Shown piece by piece: positions 1 through 10,744 of a stretch of DNA of 47,395 nt (its first letter is position 1; each line of letters opens with the position of its first letter). The translations under genes were made by a program, and so were the position numbers. The notes below the pieces were generated by a model. The model worked only from the letters and a program-made list of their open reading frames with translations. It was not told where the DNA came from and searched no databases. The stretch is from contig NC_069002.1 in assembly GCF_001194135.2 (NCBI RefSeq), forward strand, positions 35,838,905 through 35,886,299. Direction: 5' to 3'. Source of the DNA: Octopus bimaculoides. Lineage: Eukaryota.

Positions 1-844
1 AAGTTTGAAAGTCTTTCCGTACCAAAAACACTACGTAAAACATTAATGAAAAATGTGGCCCCCGTTTTAAAATAGATCCTATTTTTATATTTTAAATAAT
101 TTGCAATTTCAGAAAATATATTTTTATATTAAATTTGCGTTTTCTAATTTGATAAATTCTACGGACACAAACAGAGGTGAACGAGTGATAGATAGATAGA
201 TAGATATAGAGAGAGAGATAGTGAGATAGACAGACAGATAGATAGCTCCGGCTAGTCAGTAGCCAAAGAATCAACTCAAACCAGCAGTAACGTTCCTTGT
301 CAGTTCTACTTTCAATTCTGACAGCTAATACCATGACAGTGCCCCATTTTTTAAATCTTTTATCTTCAGCTTGTTTCAGATGTTAGACTGCAGTCATGCT
401 GGAGCAGTATCGTCTTCATGGGTGTTTGAGTCGAACAAATCGTCATCCCACAACTTATTTTTTAAGTTTCGTACATGTTTTATTCGTATTTTGTTCTCCC
501 GAACAGCTCGATAATGGAGTCTAACGCAGGAGTCGGCGAACCAGGGTAAATTACTACAAGTGGGTACTATTCAAGAAGAGTGGTCCCGGTGCGCGCACTC
601 GCTCATCCGCGCTAGCTAGCACCAAGCACTTCACAGAGTGTATTAACTGCTCTGCATGTGGCACCATTACCAGTACTTTTTACATGGCACCAGCACCAAC
701 TCTAATGCTCTTTATATGGCACTTGAATAAAAAAAAATCCATAAAACCAATACTGAAGTGAAAAATTGAATTTAAAAAATGTTTTAATGTACGTGCCAAC
801 TGCACAGGAGCCAGTCCAGTAGCACTGGCGACGACCTCACTCGA

Positions 845-1003
845 ATGTCATTCCTAAAACATGGAAACCACTTATAAACTTGTTTTTTTGCTCATGGCAG
901 CGTCCTTGAAAGCTGTTTGAAGCATAACAACAGTTGTGGTCGCCGTTTTCCCCAGCAGAAATCAGAATTCCACAGAAGCACGCTGTTCCTCCATTTCAGC
1001 CAT
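845..1003 (-). pseudogene. Mariner transposase N-terminal (HTH) fragment, disabled
   Basis: The minus strand from ATG 1003 reads MAEMEEQRASVEF*FLLGKTATTTVVMLQTAFKDAAMSK, then after a +1 frameshift QVYKWF..FRN. This matches the mariner pattern EQR..IKFCF.LGK.ATET..ML..A..D.AMS..QVY.WF..F. Confidence 0.75.
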
Positions 1004-1209
1004 TGCAAAACTTGACAAACAGGGAAGAAGCACTGCAAAGCAAAGATGCACCACATAGCAGTGCGACTTCACCCACCACTGCTGGTCAGCAGACTGATGC
1101 CTGAGGATTGCATCAAGTGGCTTCTAGCAGCAGAAGCCTGAACTACAAGGGGCTTGTCCCACAGAGAACGCTTCTGGTTACTTTTGGGTACCCCACTCGT
1201 ATACATATT

Positions 1210-1585
1210 CTTTCTTTTACCTGTCTCAGTCATTTGGCTGCAGCCATGCTGGAGCACCACCTCAAATGGTTCTAGTTGAAGAAATTGACCCCAGGATTTA
1301 TTATTTTTAAGCCTAGTACTTATTCTATTGGTCCCTTTTACCAAACTACTAAGTTACAGAAACATAAACACACCAGTAATGTTGGTAGGGGGAACAAACA
1401 CACATAAACATATATATCTATATGACAGGCTTCTTTCAGTTTCCGTCTACCAAATCCACTCACAAGGCTTTGGTCAGCCTGAGGCTATAGTAGAAGACGC
1501 TTGCCCAAGTTGCCATGCAGTGAGACTGAACCCAGAACCATGTGGTTGGGAAGTAGACTTTTTACCACTCAGCCACACCTGCACC
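1210..1585 (-). mobile_element. tRNA/CORE-like SINE, family A, full length
   Basis: Head TGGCTGAGTGGT...GGTTCAGTC, CORE-like CTTGGGCAAG, a (TA/TG)n spacer, and tail ...CTCCAGCATGGC.GCAG.CAAATGACTGA.AC. About 20 copies or fragments in the window. Confidence 0.85.
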
Positions 1586-2049
1586 TATGATGCTAACATG
1601 TTCCACATTGAGTACAATACAACCTCCCCTAATTTTTTAGCCTAAAATTCAGTACCCCCGCCCCGCCTCTCTCTCTCTCTTATATTTCTACCTCATACTT
1701 TTCACCCTGGTGCTTTCTATTAAATTTTTTACATGATGCAGAAGTAAGTAAAAAGTGTGGCATCTATTGAATTGTCTCCTGTTGTTATTTTAAGCCTCTG
1801 TTCTCATTAAAACACAAACAATTGTTAGTGTTTCAACCTTGGATTAAAAATGTATGTTTCAATGAAAGTAATGCCAATGGCTGATATGGAGAAATAGGAA
1901 GCAATGAAGATGCTGAACAAAAAATAGAACCACCTGCTGACACTTATAAAATGGATGAATGTCTTTCTGAAAATGATACCCATTATTTATCCATTAGCTG
2001 TTAAGCACAAAAGTGATTCATGCCAAAGTGCTTGCCAACATTATATATA

Positions 2050-2290
2050 TCATCATCATCGTTTAACGTCCGCTTTCCATGCTAGCATGGGTTGGACGAT
2101 TTGACTGAAGACTGGTGAAACCGGATGGCAACACCAGGCTCCAATCTAAATTTGGCAGAGTTTCTACAGCTGGATGCCTTCCTAACGCCAACCACTCAGA
2201 GAGTGTGGTAGGTACTTTTACGTGTCACCTGCACGAAGGCCAGTCAGGCGATACTGGCAACGGCCACGCTCGAAATGGTGTTAATATTAA
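2050..2290 (-). mobile_element. Family B repeat: RTE-type 3' tail ending in (GAT)n
   Basis: The minus strand has GGCGTTAGGAAGGCATCCAGCTGTAGAAACTCTGCC...AACCCATGCTAGCATGGAAAGCGGACGTTAAACGATGATG. Related copies at 4085-4306(+), 15175-15324(-), 15542-15695(+), 16470-16640(-), 18130-18330(+), 21033-21320(-), 35970-36050(+) and 38118-38270(+). Confidence 0.8.
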
Positions 2291-2344
2291 TATGGTCGTG
2301 TGGTCCCAGTTTTCTTCTGCTGATGGTTTAGTGATTGCTAATAT

Positions 2345-2637
2345 AGGCGTGGCTGGTAGGTTCAGTTCCACAGTGTGGCACTTTGGGCAAGTGTGTTCAA
2401 CTATAAGTCCCGGACCAACCAAAGCCTTGTGAGTGAATTTGGTAGATGGAAACAGAAAGAAGCCCATCATATATATGAGTGTGTGTGGTTTGTTTATGTC
2501 CCTGTAACTTAGTGGTTTGGCAGAAGGTGACTGTTAGGACAAGTACCAGGTTTTAAAAAATAGGTACTGGGGATCGATTTGTTGAACTAAACTTCTTCAA
2601 GGCAGTGCTCCAGTATGGCTTCAGTCACTTATTGACT
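2345..2637 (+). mobile_element. SINE family A, internally deleted
   Basis: Family A head, CORE-like block and tail motifs. Confidence 0.75.
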
Positions 2638-3245
2638 GCTGTTGTTCCTCCCCAACATCCCTGTATTGCTGACATATGATGTGTTGAGAAATATCATTTA
2701 ATTACACACACACAAAGGTGGTGAGCTGGCATAAATGTTAGCATGGTGGGCAAAATGCTTAGAAGCAATCCACATGTCTTTACATTCTGAGTTCAAATTC
2801 TTCTGAGGTTGAATTTGCCTTTCATTCTTTTGGGGTTGATAAAAGTACCAGCTGTGCATTGGGGTTCATGAAATTGACTTACCACTTCCCCCCCAAAATA
2901 AACTTTGTCTTTCATTCTTTCGGGGTTNNNNNNNNNNNNNNNNNNNNNNNNNNNNNNNNNNNNNNNNNNNNNNNNNNNNNNNNNNNNNNNNNNNNNNNNN
3001 NNNNNNNNNNNNNNNNNNNNNNNNNNNNNNNNNNNNNNNNNNNNNNNNNNNNNNNNNNNNNNNNNNNNNNNNNNNNNNNNNNNNNNNNNNNNNNNNNNNN
3101 NNNNNNNNNNNNNNNNNNNNNNNNNNNNNNNNNNNNNNNNNNNNNNNNNNNNNNNNNNNNNNNNNNNNNNNNNNNNNNNNNNNNNNNNNNNNNNNNNNNN
3201 NNNNNNNNNNNNNNNNNNNNNNNNTATATATATATATATATATGT

Positions 3246-3407
3246 AAAAGCTTCTTTCAGTTTCCATCTACCAAATTCACTCACAAGGCTTTGATCAGTC
3301 GAAGGCTATAGTAGAAGACACTTGCCCAAGGTGCCACGCAGTGGGACTGAACCAAGAACCATGTGGTTGGGAAGCAATCTTCTAACCACATAGCCATGCC
3401 TGCACCT
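3246..3407 (-). mobile_element. SINE family A, 5' half
   Basis: Reverse complement of the family A head and CORE-like block. Confidence 0.8.
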
Positions 3408-3559
3408 AGAAATAGAAATAAAATCTTTAAATTTAAACTGTGTGACACTATACTAGTTGAAGGCCTGGTGGTCAGAAACCCATGCTCTACAGAAGACAAA
3501 GATGAAAACACTGCATGAAGAATTTATAGCTCTGAACACAAGCACATTCAGTTCTGTTG

Positions 3560-3950
3560 GGATGGAAACTATATGGACCAAGGAACATTGCTGCTTTGTT
3601 CAAAAGTCACTTTGAAGAATATCCAAAGTTACCAACAAGCAACAGTAATAAAGAAACAAAAGATTTTTTTCTCTGAGAAACTAGAAGTCATGTTGGGGAA
3701 GCTGAAAGAAAAAGATGTTAACATGGGAGATCTCAATGCAAAAAGGGCTCAGAAAATCTTGATTATGAACTAGTCCTGGACAAGCGTAGCATTGGAATAA
3801 TTCATGAAAATGGTGAGATGCTGGCTGACATATGTCGTTTCCCACCAGCCGGGGTATTCCTACACAAGAAGATCCACAAGGTAACTTTGACGATCTCCTC
3901 TAATACAGAAAAGCAGATTCATCATTTCTACATTTTCTGCAAATTCAGAA
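3560..3950 (+). pseudogene. Decayed AP-endonuclease fragment of an RTE-type LINE
   Basis: IQSY...KIFFSEKLEVML..L..KD..MGDLNAK, then after a frameshift NGEMLADIC...F.HKKIHKVT....TEKQIHH. These match the APE motifs GDLNAK, NENGE and HK.IHK.TW...NQIDH. Confidence 0.65.
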
Positions 3951-4084
3951 GATTGGTGGTGGATGCTGGGGAAAAAAGTAATGGTAACCGAAATCATGCA
4001 TCTCCTCCCGAGTAAAAGATGGAAAAGATTTAGGCTTCATTTTTTTTTTCTGTTATTTAAATTTTGTTACTTTTGGTTTTTTCC

Positions 4085-4306
4085 TTTTCGTTGCCAGTAC
4101 CGCCTGACTGGCCTTTGTGCTGGTGGCACGTAAAAGCACCCACTACACTCCCTGAGTGGTTGGCATTAGGAAGGGCATTCAGCTGTAAGAAACTCTGCGA
4201 AATCAGATTGGAGCCTGGTGTCGCCTCCTGGTCCACCAGTCCTCAGTCAAATCGTCAAACCCATGCTAGCATGGAAAGCGGACGTTAAACGATGATGATG
4301 ATGATG
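4085..4306 (+). mobile_element. Family B repeat
   Basis: Matches the 2050-2290 family in reverse orientation; (GAT)n tail. Confidence 0.8.
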
Positions 4307-4321
4307 TCTTTTCAGTCTTAA

Positions 4322-4834
4322 CCAACGATTCTTAACTGGGGTCAATATAAGATTTTGTGGAGTCAAAACACAAAATAGTAAATTGGAAATCGACAATAGT
4401 ATTTTAACTGTTTAGCATTCAGACTGCTTTGTCAAAATATAATGCTAATTTATTCACATTGTTTTGCATATCATGTAGTTTTCAGATTTTTAAAAAGTAT
4501 CCACTTATTTTTAGAATGACATTGTGGGATAAGTATGAGAAGCCAGATTGGACTTGTGTGTGGCCAGATATGGCTGGTTTAAATACTAAAGGACTAAGGG
4601 CCCCTGAAAAATTTTTATTTTAGATTTTTATGTATTGCAAGAAACAGCTGGGTTTCTTTCTCCAATATTTTACATAGTTCAACCTATAAAAGTTGATGTG
4701 TGTAACACAAAATAGGAATTTTGAAAGGAGTTTGAATAAAACTAGTTTTTAAATGTCAAATAGCTATGGGGGTCAACCAGAATAAAACAGTAATCAAAGG
4801 GGGTCCATGGATAAAAAATGGTTGAGAAACCCTG
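4322..4834. mobile_element. hAT-like MITE, with an internal piggyBac-like fragment
   Basis: Ends resemble CAG.G.TTCTCAACC and GGTTGAGAAACCCTG. The interior is homologous to 17680-18030 (AGGGCCCCTGAAAAA, AAGAAACAGCTGGGTTTCTTTCTC, CAAAATAGGAATTTTGAAAG). Confidence 0.7.
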
Positions 4835-4842
4835 ACCGAAAC

Positions 4843-5436
4843 CAATGGTTCTCAAGTGAGTCCTTAAAATATTTTGTTGTTAAAATTTATCTGCAATAAA
4901 TTGCTTATACTTCTACACTAAATATTAAGAGAAAAAAATTTTACAATTCCTAATAATATTTAATTATAAAAATACAGTGGAGGCATAATGACCCAGTGGT
5001 TAGGGCAGCAGACTCGCAGTTTCGATTCCCAGACCGGGCGTTGTGAGTGTTTATTGAGCGAAAACACCTAAAGCTCCACGAGGCTCTGGCAAGGGATGGT
5101 GGCGAACCCTGCTGTACTCTTCCACCACAACTTTCTCTCACTCTTACTTCCTGTTTCTGTTGTGCCTGTAATTCAAAGGGTCAGCCTTGTCACACACTGT
5201 GTCACGCTGAATATCCCCGAGAACTACGTTAAGGGTACACGTGTCTGTGGAGTGCTCAGCCACTTGCACGTTAATTTCACGAGCAGGCTGTTCCGTTGAT
5301 CGGATCAACTGGAAGCGACAGAGTACCTCCTATAAAAATACAATGGGATTTGTTTCACAAACATCGAATGGCTATGGAGGTCCAGTAGAGGAACCAAATG
5401 GATCCATAGGTAAAAAAATGGTTGAGAAAGACTGAT
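4843..5436. mobile_element. Second hAT-like MITE, interrupted by the family D SINE
   Basis: Left end CAATGGTTCTCAA; right end GGTTGAGAAAGACTG. Confidence 0.6.
4977..5330 (+). mobile_element. tRNA-derived SINE, family D, inserted into a hAT-like MITE
   Basis: A box (TGACCCAGTGG) and B box (GTTTCGATTCC). 12-bp TSD TATAAAAATACA at 4965-4976 and 5331-5342. Near-identical to 24046-24411. Confidence 0.9.
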
Positions 5437-5518
5437 CTGAACCAGTCAAGGGCAATCTGCACCCTCCGCACTTTCTGAAGGGCACATCTAACAAGAAAAT
5501 ACTTGAATATTTTTAGAC

Positions 5519-5863
5519 GCAGGAATAGCTGTGTGGTAAGTAGCTTGCTTACCGGGTTCATTCCCACTGCGTGGCACCTTGAGCAAGTGTCTTCTACTAT
5601 AGCCTCGGGACGACCAAAGCCTTGTGAGTGGATTTGGTAGAGGGAAACTGAAAGAAGCCCGTCGTATATATGTATATATATATATATATGTATGTGTTTG
5701 TCCCCCCAACATCGCTTGACAACCGAGGCTGGTATGTTTACGTCCCCATAACTTAGCGGTTCGGCATAAGAGACCGATAGAATAAGTCCTGAGGTCGACT
5801 TGCTCGACTAAAGGCGGTGCTCCAGCATGGCCGCAGTCAAATGACTGAAACAAGTGAAAGAGT
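5519..5863 (+). mobile_element. SINE family A, full length
   Basis: TAGCTGTGTGGTAAG...GGTTCATTCCC...ACCTTGAGCAAGTGTC, through to the tail CAAATGACTGAAACAAGT. Confidence 0.9.
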
Positions 5864-8344
5864 AATGGTGTGATCCACCTGCCTGATGAAGAACCATGGC
5901 TCGTGTGGCCCGCTTCTGAAAAAAAGGTTACCCATGCCTGGTTTAAAATAAAACACAACCGTTTCTAAATACACTGTCTTCAAAATAGAGGATATGGTCA
6001 TAACTGGAACGTCTTCAATCATGGATCTGCTCAACAGGATCTGATCTGGATGGCACTTAATAAAGTGGCGAAATTAGGGCACTTTTGATTAATGAAATCA
6101 TATCCTGAAAGGGAAAGCTACTGGACGATGCTGTTATGGTTATTCAAGACGAGATGGTCATTACCGGAACGCCTTTGATAAATAGGTTCTGTTCAATCAA
6201 GTATTCCTGTGTCTAAGCAACGATGATCTAATATAACAATGTGCTGGCAGGTTGTTTTGACCAGCCATTTGTAATCATGGAATAATTAAATATTTAACTT
6301 GTCAATCACATCACAGCAGTTAATTTATGAACTGGTACATTGTTAATTAATTAGCAAAGGACACTTATTAAAGCAAAACAATAACCAAAAAAAAAACAAA
6401 ACAATTTGATTCATTAAGTAAAAAAAAAAACATACAAAGATAAAGAACAATACATGGCATATCTACATAAATGTACCCCACTTATTTTGTTNNNNNNNNN
6501 NTGTCAGCTGGTATAGATTACGATTATACTGGAATTTAGTGTGTAAAAAAAAAAAAAAAAATTGGTGGGCGTGCACACATACATATTAACACCCATCACA
6601 TAATTTTTATAAAATTCCAAGTATCATTTTGTAAATACATATATGTGTCCTGTCTCCTCACCCACGGAAATACCTTGTTCACAACAAATTTCGATATAAT
6701 CAGAATCTACATTACCTGTAAAGTATTTGAAGAAAATTTCATTTTAAAAAAAGGCAATTTTTCTGGAAGTCGGTGGGGCATTTTTGTGTAGGTATGCCCA
6801 ATATATATAAACATTAAGTTGAACTCGTTTTCTGTTTTGGCAATTATTTTAATATAATCATTTCAGAAACATTATAATTTATCTAAACATTTTAATAATT
6901 TTTTTCCCTTATATTGAAAATAATTATACACAAAGCCACCTTTTTTGGAAGTTGAACTTTTTCAGAATTGGAGGGAAATTCAAACGTCCACATTTGGAAG
7001 AATAAGTCTAATAATAGGCACAAGTGCATTTTAACTGTGGAAATTAAGATAACAATATTTACATAACTAAAACAACAGAATTAATTGTTAAATTAGACAA
7101 CGAATCAGGTACAATAATGATACAGTTAGAAAGAAAATTGTCGATAAAAAAAAACGGATGAATGAATGGGATTGATGGATTGAGTAATTTACAAATACTC
7201 GTATCTCTTGATGTTCTGAGTTCAAATCCAGCCTGAGTTGAGGCCGTTGTGTGTAATTACTTCAGAGAGTGGCTTTTGTTTTTGTGCTCGGGTCAAATTC
7301 TTTAGTTTAACCCTATATGTTTATGTGTGTAGGTTTCATAGGCATAACTACAGCGGGGGTATAAAACCCTGTAGTTATGCCGGTTTGGCATATATAGGAG
7401 AAATTAGATAATCACAAGTTTATATATCATTTGTTCCGTACGTATGTTTCCTTGTTGTGGTTGTTTGGAACCTCTACATTGAATTCTTCCAGGAACACTT
7501 TATTGCATTACATATGTGTGTGTGATTGTGTTCCGAGTACGATACCTTGGCTAGGCACCTATACTCGCGAAATAACTCGGTCAGCCCGAGGCGGACCAAA
7601 TATTATGATTGGAATTTAATGGACAAGATTTTGTTTTCTAAAGAAGCTAATACATATTTATCAAGAACATATTTGAGTCAATCTAGAAATCGGTCTGATA
7701 TACTCACGAAACAAACAAACTTTGCATGTAGCACTCAAAGACAGTCTGGTTCCTCTACTATATTGGATCAAACGACAGATTTTGTCATATATTTTATACT
7801 TTTTATACTTAAAAAAAAACCTCATCAGTGAATATTAATTTGTCCTATTATCTCATCAATTCCTTTATCAGAATCTTATCTTCTTAAAAAATATATATAT
7901 ATAATCATGCTCATGTTTGTAATTAGCTTTTTTAGTTATATACCTACAACTGGACATTGAAGTAAGTATCTGTAGTTGATATGATCAAGTTTCCAATCAA
8001 GAACTGACACCTATATAAATAAAAAGAATGTGTGTGTGTCTGTGTAAATGTGTGTGTGGCTGGGTTACTGTAACAGTAATACGTGAAAGCCACACACACA
8101 CTGAAGCGGTTCGTCCTCGTTTTACCCGTCTATTTATATTTCTTCACTTAGGTGGTCGTCGAAATACAATGAAACGATCAATAATCACAGACTTAATAAT
8201 CATGTATATATATATAAACATGTATGTATGTGAGGGACAGACTGTGTGTTATCTGTTCGTGTGTATAATGTATGTATGTATGTATTGTGCGTGTGTGTGT
8301 ATCACGAAGGAATGTGAATATGTTGTGTCCAGTCCGATTGTCAT

Positions 8345-9094
8345 TTAGACTCGTAGGTGATATCTGGGCCGACGCCGCTTCGTAGTGCCGGTGGTATTTT
8401 TCAGCCAGACTTCAGCATTTTCTCTCTCTGATTTCACAACTGAGCTGAAATCGAATTCGATTAGGGTCGGTATTGTGGTCAGAACTGTAACTCTATAATC
8501 TTTAACTTTCTCGATCGGATTGCCGTGAAGGGTGAGCTTCTTGAGGTTTGTCATCGGCCGAAACTTTTCCACTTCAGCCAAATTCTCTAAACAGTTGCCA
8601 TGCAAGTAAAGTATTTGCAAACAGTGAACTTCATTTAGTTCTTCTGGAACATTAGTCAACACGTTAAACGATAAATCCAACCAAGACAGTTGTAACGGTC
8701 GGAGGAAGAGAGAAGATAGGATCTGTTTAAGTCCGGCAATCGTTTCCAATGAATTGTTATTCAAACGAAGACACTTACTGCGAGATTTCCGACGTCTTCT
8801 TCCAGAAGAGTCCGCAAAACAATTAATAGGTTTCGCTGTGGTCGGAAAATCTTCCTCATCTTCCTCGTGGTTACTGTCGCCTACAGTAGTTGCTCTTGCT
8901 TGCTTTATTTCATCGATCAATTCTTCGATGTCGTGTGGGCTTCGACAAGACTCTTCGCGTTTATCTTCGCCGATGATATCCGTGACATACTTCAAACTTC
9001 GAAAGGAGAAATCAAGCGGCTTCAGGTCATCACTATAAGATTTGTTTATCATCTTAAGTGGTTGTTTTCTATTTGGTACAGATTTTAAAGCCAT
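8345..9094 (-). CDS. LRRC51: Leucine-rich repeat-containing protein 51-like, 249 aa, single coding exon
   Basis: Open frame from ATG at 9094 to TAA at 8347-8345. The track's extra N-terminal M is a GTG overlapping a splice acceptor (ttcgttttttcag|, AG at 9098-9097). Motifs PLDFSFRS, LRLNNNSL, LSWLDLSFN, LQILYLHGN, LKKLTLHGNPIE and FDFSSV..ER..AEVW match the recalled human LRRC51 (PLDYSFRS, LWLNNN, LAWIDLSFN, LSVLYLHGN, LRSLTLHGNPME, FDFSGV..AEVW). Confidence 0.9.
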   Translation of the reverse strand: MALKSVPNRKQPLKMINKSYSDDLKPLDFSFRSLKYVTDIIGEDKREESCRSPHDIEELIDEIKQARATTVGDSNHEEDEEDFPTTAKPINCFADSSGRRRRKSRSKCLRLNNNSLETIAGLKQILSSLFLRPLQLSWLDLSFNVLTNVPEELNEVHCLQILYLHGNCLENLAEVEKFRPMTNLKKLTLHGNPIEKVKDYRVTVLTTIPTLIEFDFSSVVKSERENAEVWLKNTTGTTKRRRPRYHLRV

Positions 9095-9854
9095 CACTGA
9101 AAAAACGAAAGAACTGCATGTAAGTTATACACACCTGCGTAAAAGTTAATATTTACACCTGTGTGTATACGTATGTATAAAATATTTGAAATATTCACAG
9201 TTCACTCATGGTCCAGTTTGAGTGAATATTTTTTGTGATGTGAAGGGAGTTATTTTTCGTCCCTCCACATACACTTCTAAATTCTGGATTCCTTGTGCCA
9301 CTTGAAGCCAAAAATACATTACTCCATGCAAACCTGAGGGCGTGACGTAGTGGGAAGAAGTATTGGTTATGGTAGGTGTAGCTTCCCAAATATTTGAATC
9401 TTAAACAACCACAGGTAAAACAAAATGAACTTTCAAATACCAGACTTACTTGACAGAAACGTTTATCGTTGAAACAAAGCGAAAAAGTGAAATAATCGTT
9501 TAAAAGTTAATAAACAAAACCAAGTTGTGCTTACTGGAATGTATATGTGATTTAAATCCTTTAGATGTTTGTAAAGTGATGGAAACGTTGATATATTGGC
9601 ACACAAGATTGTTTTGAAATTTAAAAAGTTTATGTCTTATTCATCCAAATTTGTAAAAAGCTGAAGATAAAGGGCTTATTCCCAAGTGTGCAAACAAATG
9701 GTTAAAGTCGTTAATCCAAAGTAATTAGACAGACAAAGGTAATATTTGAAAGGGAGCAAAAAGAATGAATTAAATTCATAAACAGAAACGGCAATGTTGT
9801 GAATGACAACGGTCGTGATATGTTAATTACAAAATTAAGGCGAGGAGACGATCT

Positions 9855-9935
9855 GATTGGTTGATTTTTGTGACGTCAGAAAGCCAAGCCGGCCTCGCAG
9901 CCCAGTCGCGCTTCTCGCTGAGCCCCGGGGTAACT
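9855..9935. promoter_or_regulatory. CpG-rich patch with CCAAT box and perfect CRE; alternative LRRC51 promoter candidate
   Basis: GATTGG at 9855-9860, palindromic TGACGTCA at 9871-9878, and a GC/CpG-rich stretch at about 9885-9935 in an AT-rich background. A minus-strand donor CAA|GTAAGT is at 9449. Confidence 0.4.
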
Positions 9936-9967
9936 ACGGAAGGTCACATCAAATAGAAATTGGATCT

Positions 9968-10342
9968 ATTACTCGTTTCAGGCATTTGACTGCGACCATG
10001 CTGGGGCACTGTCCTGAAGGGGTTTAGTCAAACAAATCGACCCCAGTACTTATTTTTCAAGCCTGGTACTTATTCTGCTAGTGTAGTTTGCCGAACCGCT
10101 AAGATACGGGGACGTAAACAAACCAGCACCGGTTGTCAAACGTGGTAGTGGGGGGGAAACAAACACAAACATATACACGACGGGCTTATTTCACTTTACG
10201 GGTTTCCGTCTACCAGATCCGCTCATAAAGCTTTGATCAGCTTAGGGCTATAGTACAAGACATTTGCCTAAGGGGTCACACAGGCCAACTGAACCCGAAA
10301 CCATGTGGTTGGGAAGCAAACTTCTAACCACACAGCCACACC
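9968..10342 (-). mobile_element. SINE family A, full length
   Basis: Reverse complement of the family A consensus. Confidence 0.85.
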
Positions 10343-10572
10343 ATTGTCCTAACGAATAAGCGCTGCTTACGTGTCGGTCAAGGAATCGAACCCAGACTGT
10401 CCATGAGGTAGGTGAGCATTTTACTTTTGAACCACCGATACTTAATAAGTAAAGACACTGGCTTTGGGTGCCACTGCTTGACCAGAGAAAGAAGGGTGTT
10501 TCCACGACTCTTTATTTTTCGGGGTTTTAGCAGGTTGAAGGAACGAGATAATTCTCTAACCGGCACTCTTAC

Positions 10573-10627
10573 CTGGATGCTTGCAACAGACTGAAGGCAA
10601 GGGAGGGACCCGGTTACTGTGGGTAAC
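10573..10627 (-). promoter_or_regulatory. Candidate LRRC51 X-box (RFX) site and short 5' non-coding exon
   Basis: GTTACTGTGGGTAAC at 10613-10627 fits GTNRCY-N(0-3)-RGYAAC. About 40 nt downstream on the minus strand is a strong donor CAG|GTAAGA (G at 10572). The CDS exon begins at an acceptor 2 nt before its ATG, so an upstream exon is likely. Confidence 0.4.
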
Positions 10628-10699
10628 AACTTTCCTCTCTCTCTCACACCAACGGCTATCAAAAGATTACCATATTGTTCTTATACAAGGATGTTGTTG

Positions 10700-10744
10700 A
10701 CAATGACTTCGAAGTTTCAGTTAGCTAAGCCCTCATCGGACTGT
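10700..10744 (-). ncRNA. Minimal type-I hammerhead-like motif, second family
   Basis: ACAGT-CCGATGA-GGGCTTAGCTAACT-GAAA-C-TTCGAA-GTC-ATTGT. Stem I is ACAGU/AUUGU, stem III is the 10-nt palindrome ACTTCGAAGT, and the cleavage triplet is GUC. The core has U4->C and stem II is imperfect. Confidence 0.55.

Noticed and set aside
5881-5945. CTGATGA at 5883
   Set aside because: No stem II-GAAA follows; the sequence looks like the end of a hAT-type MITE on the minus strand.
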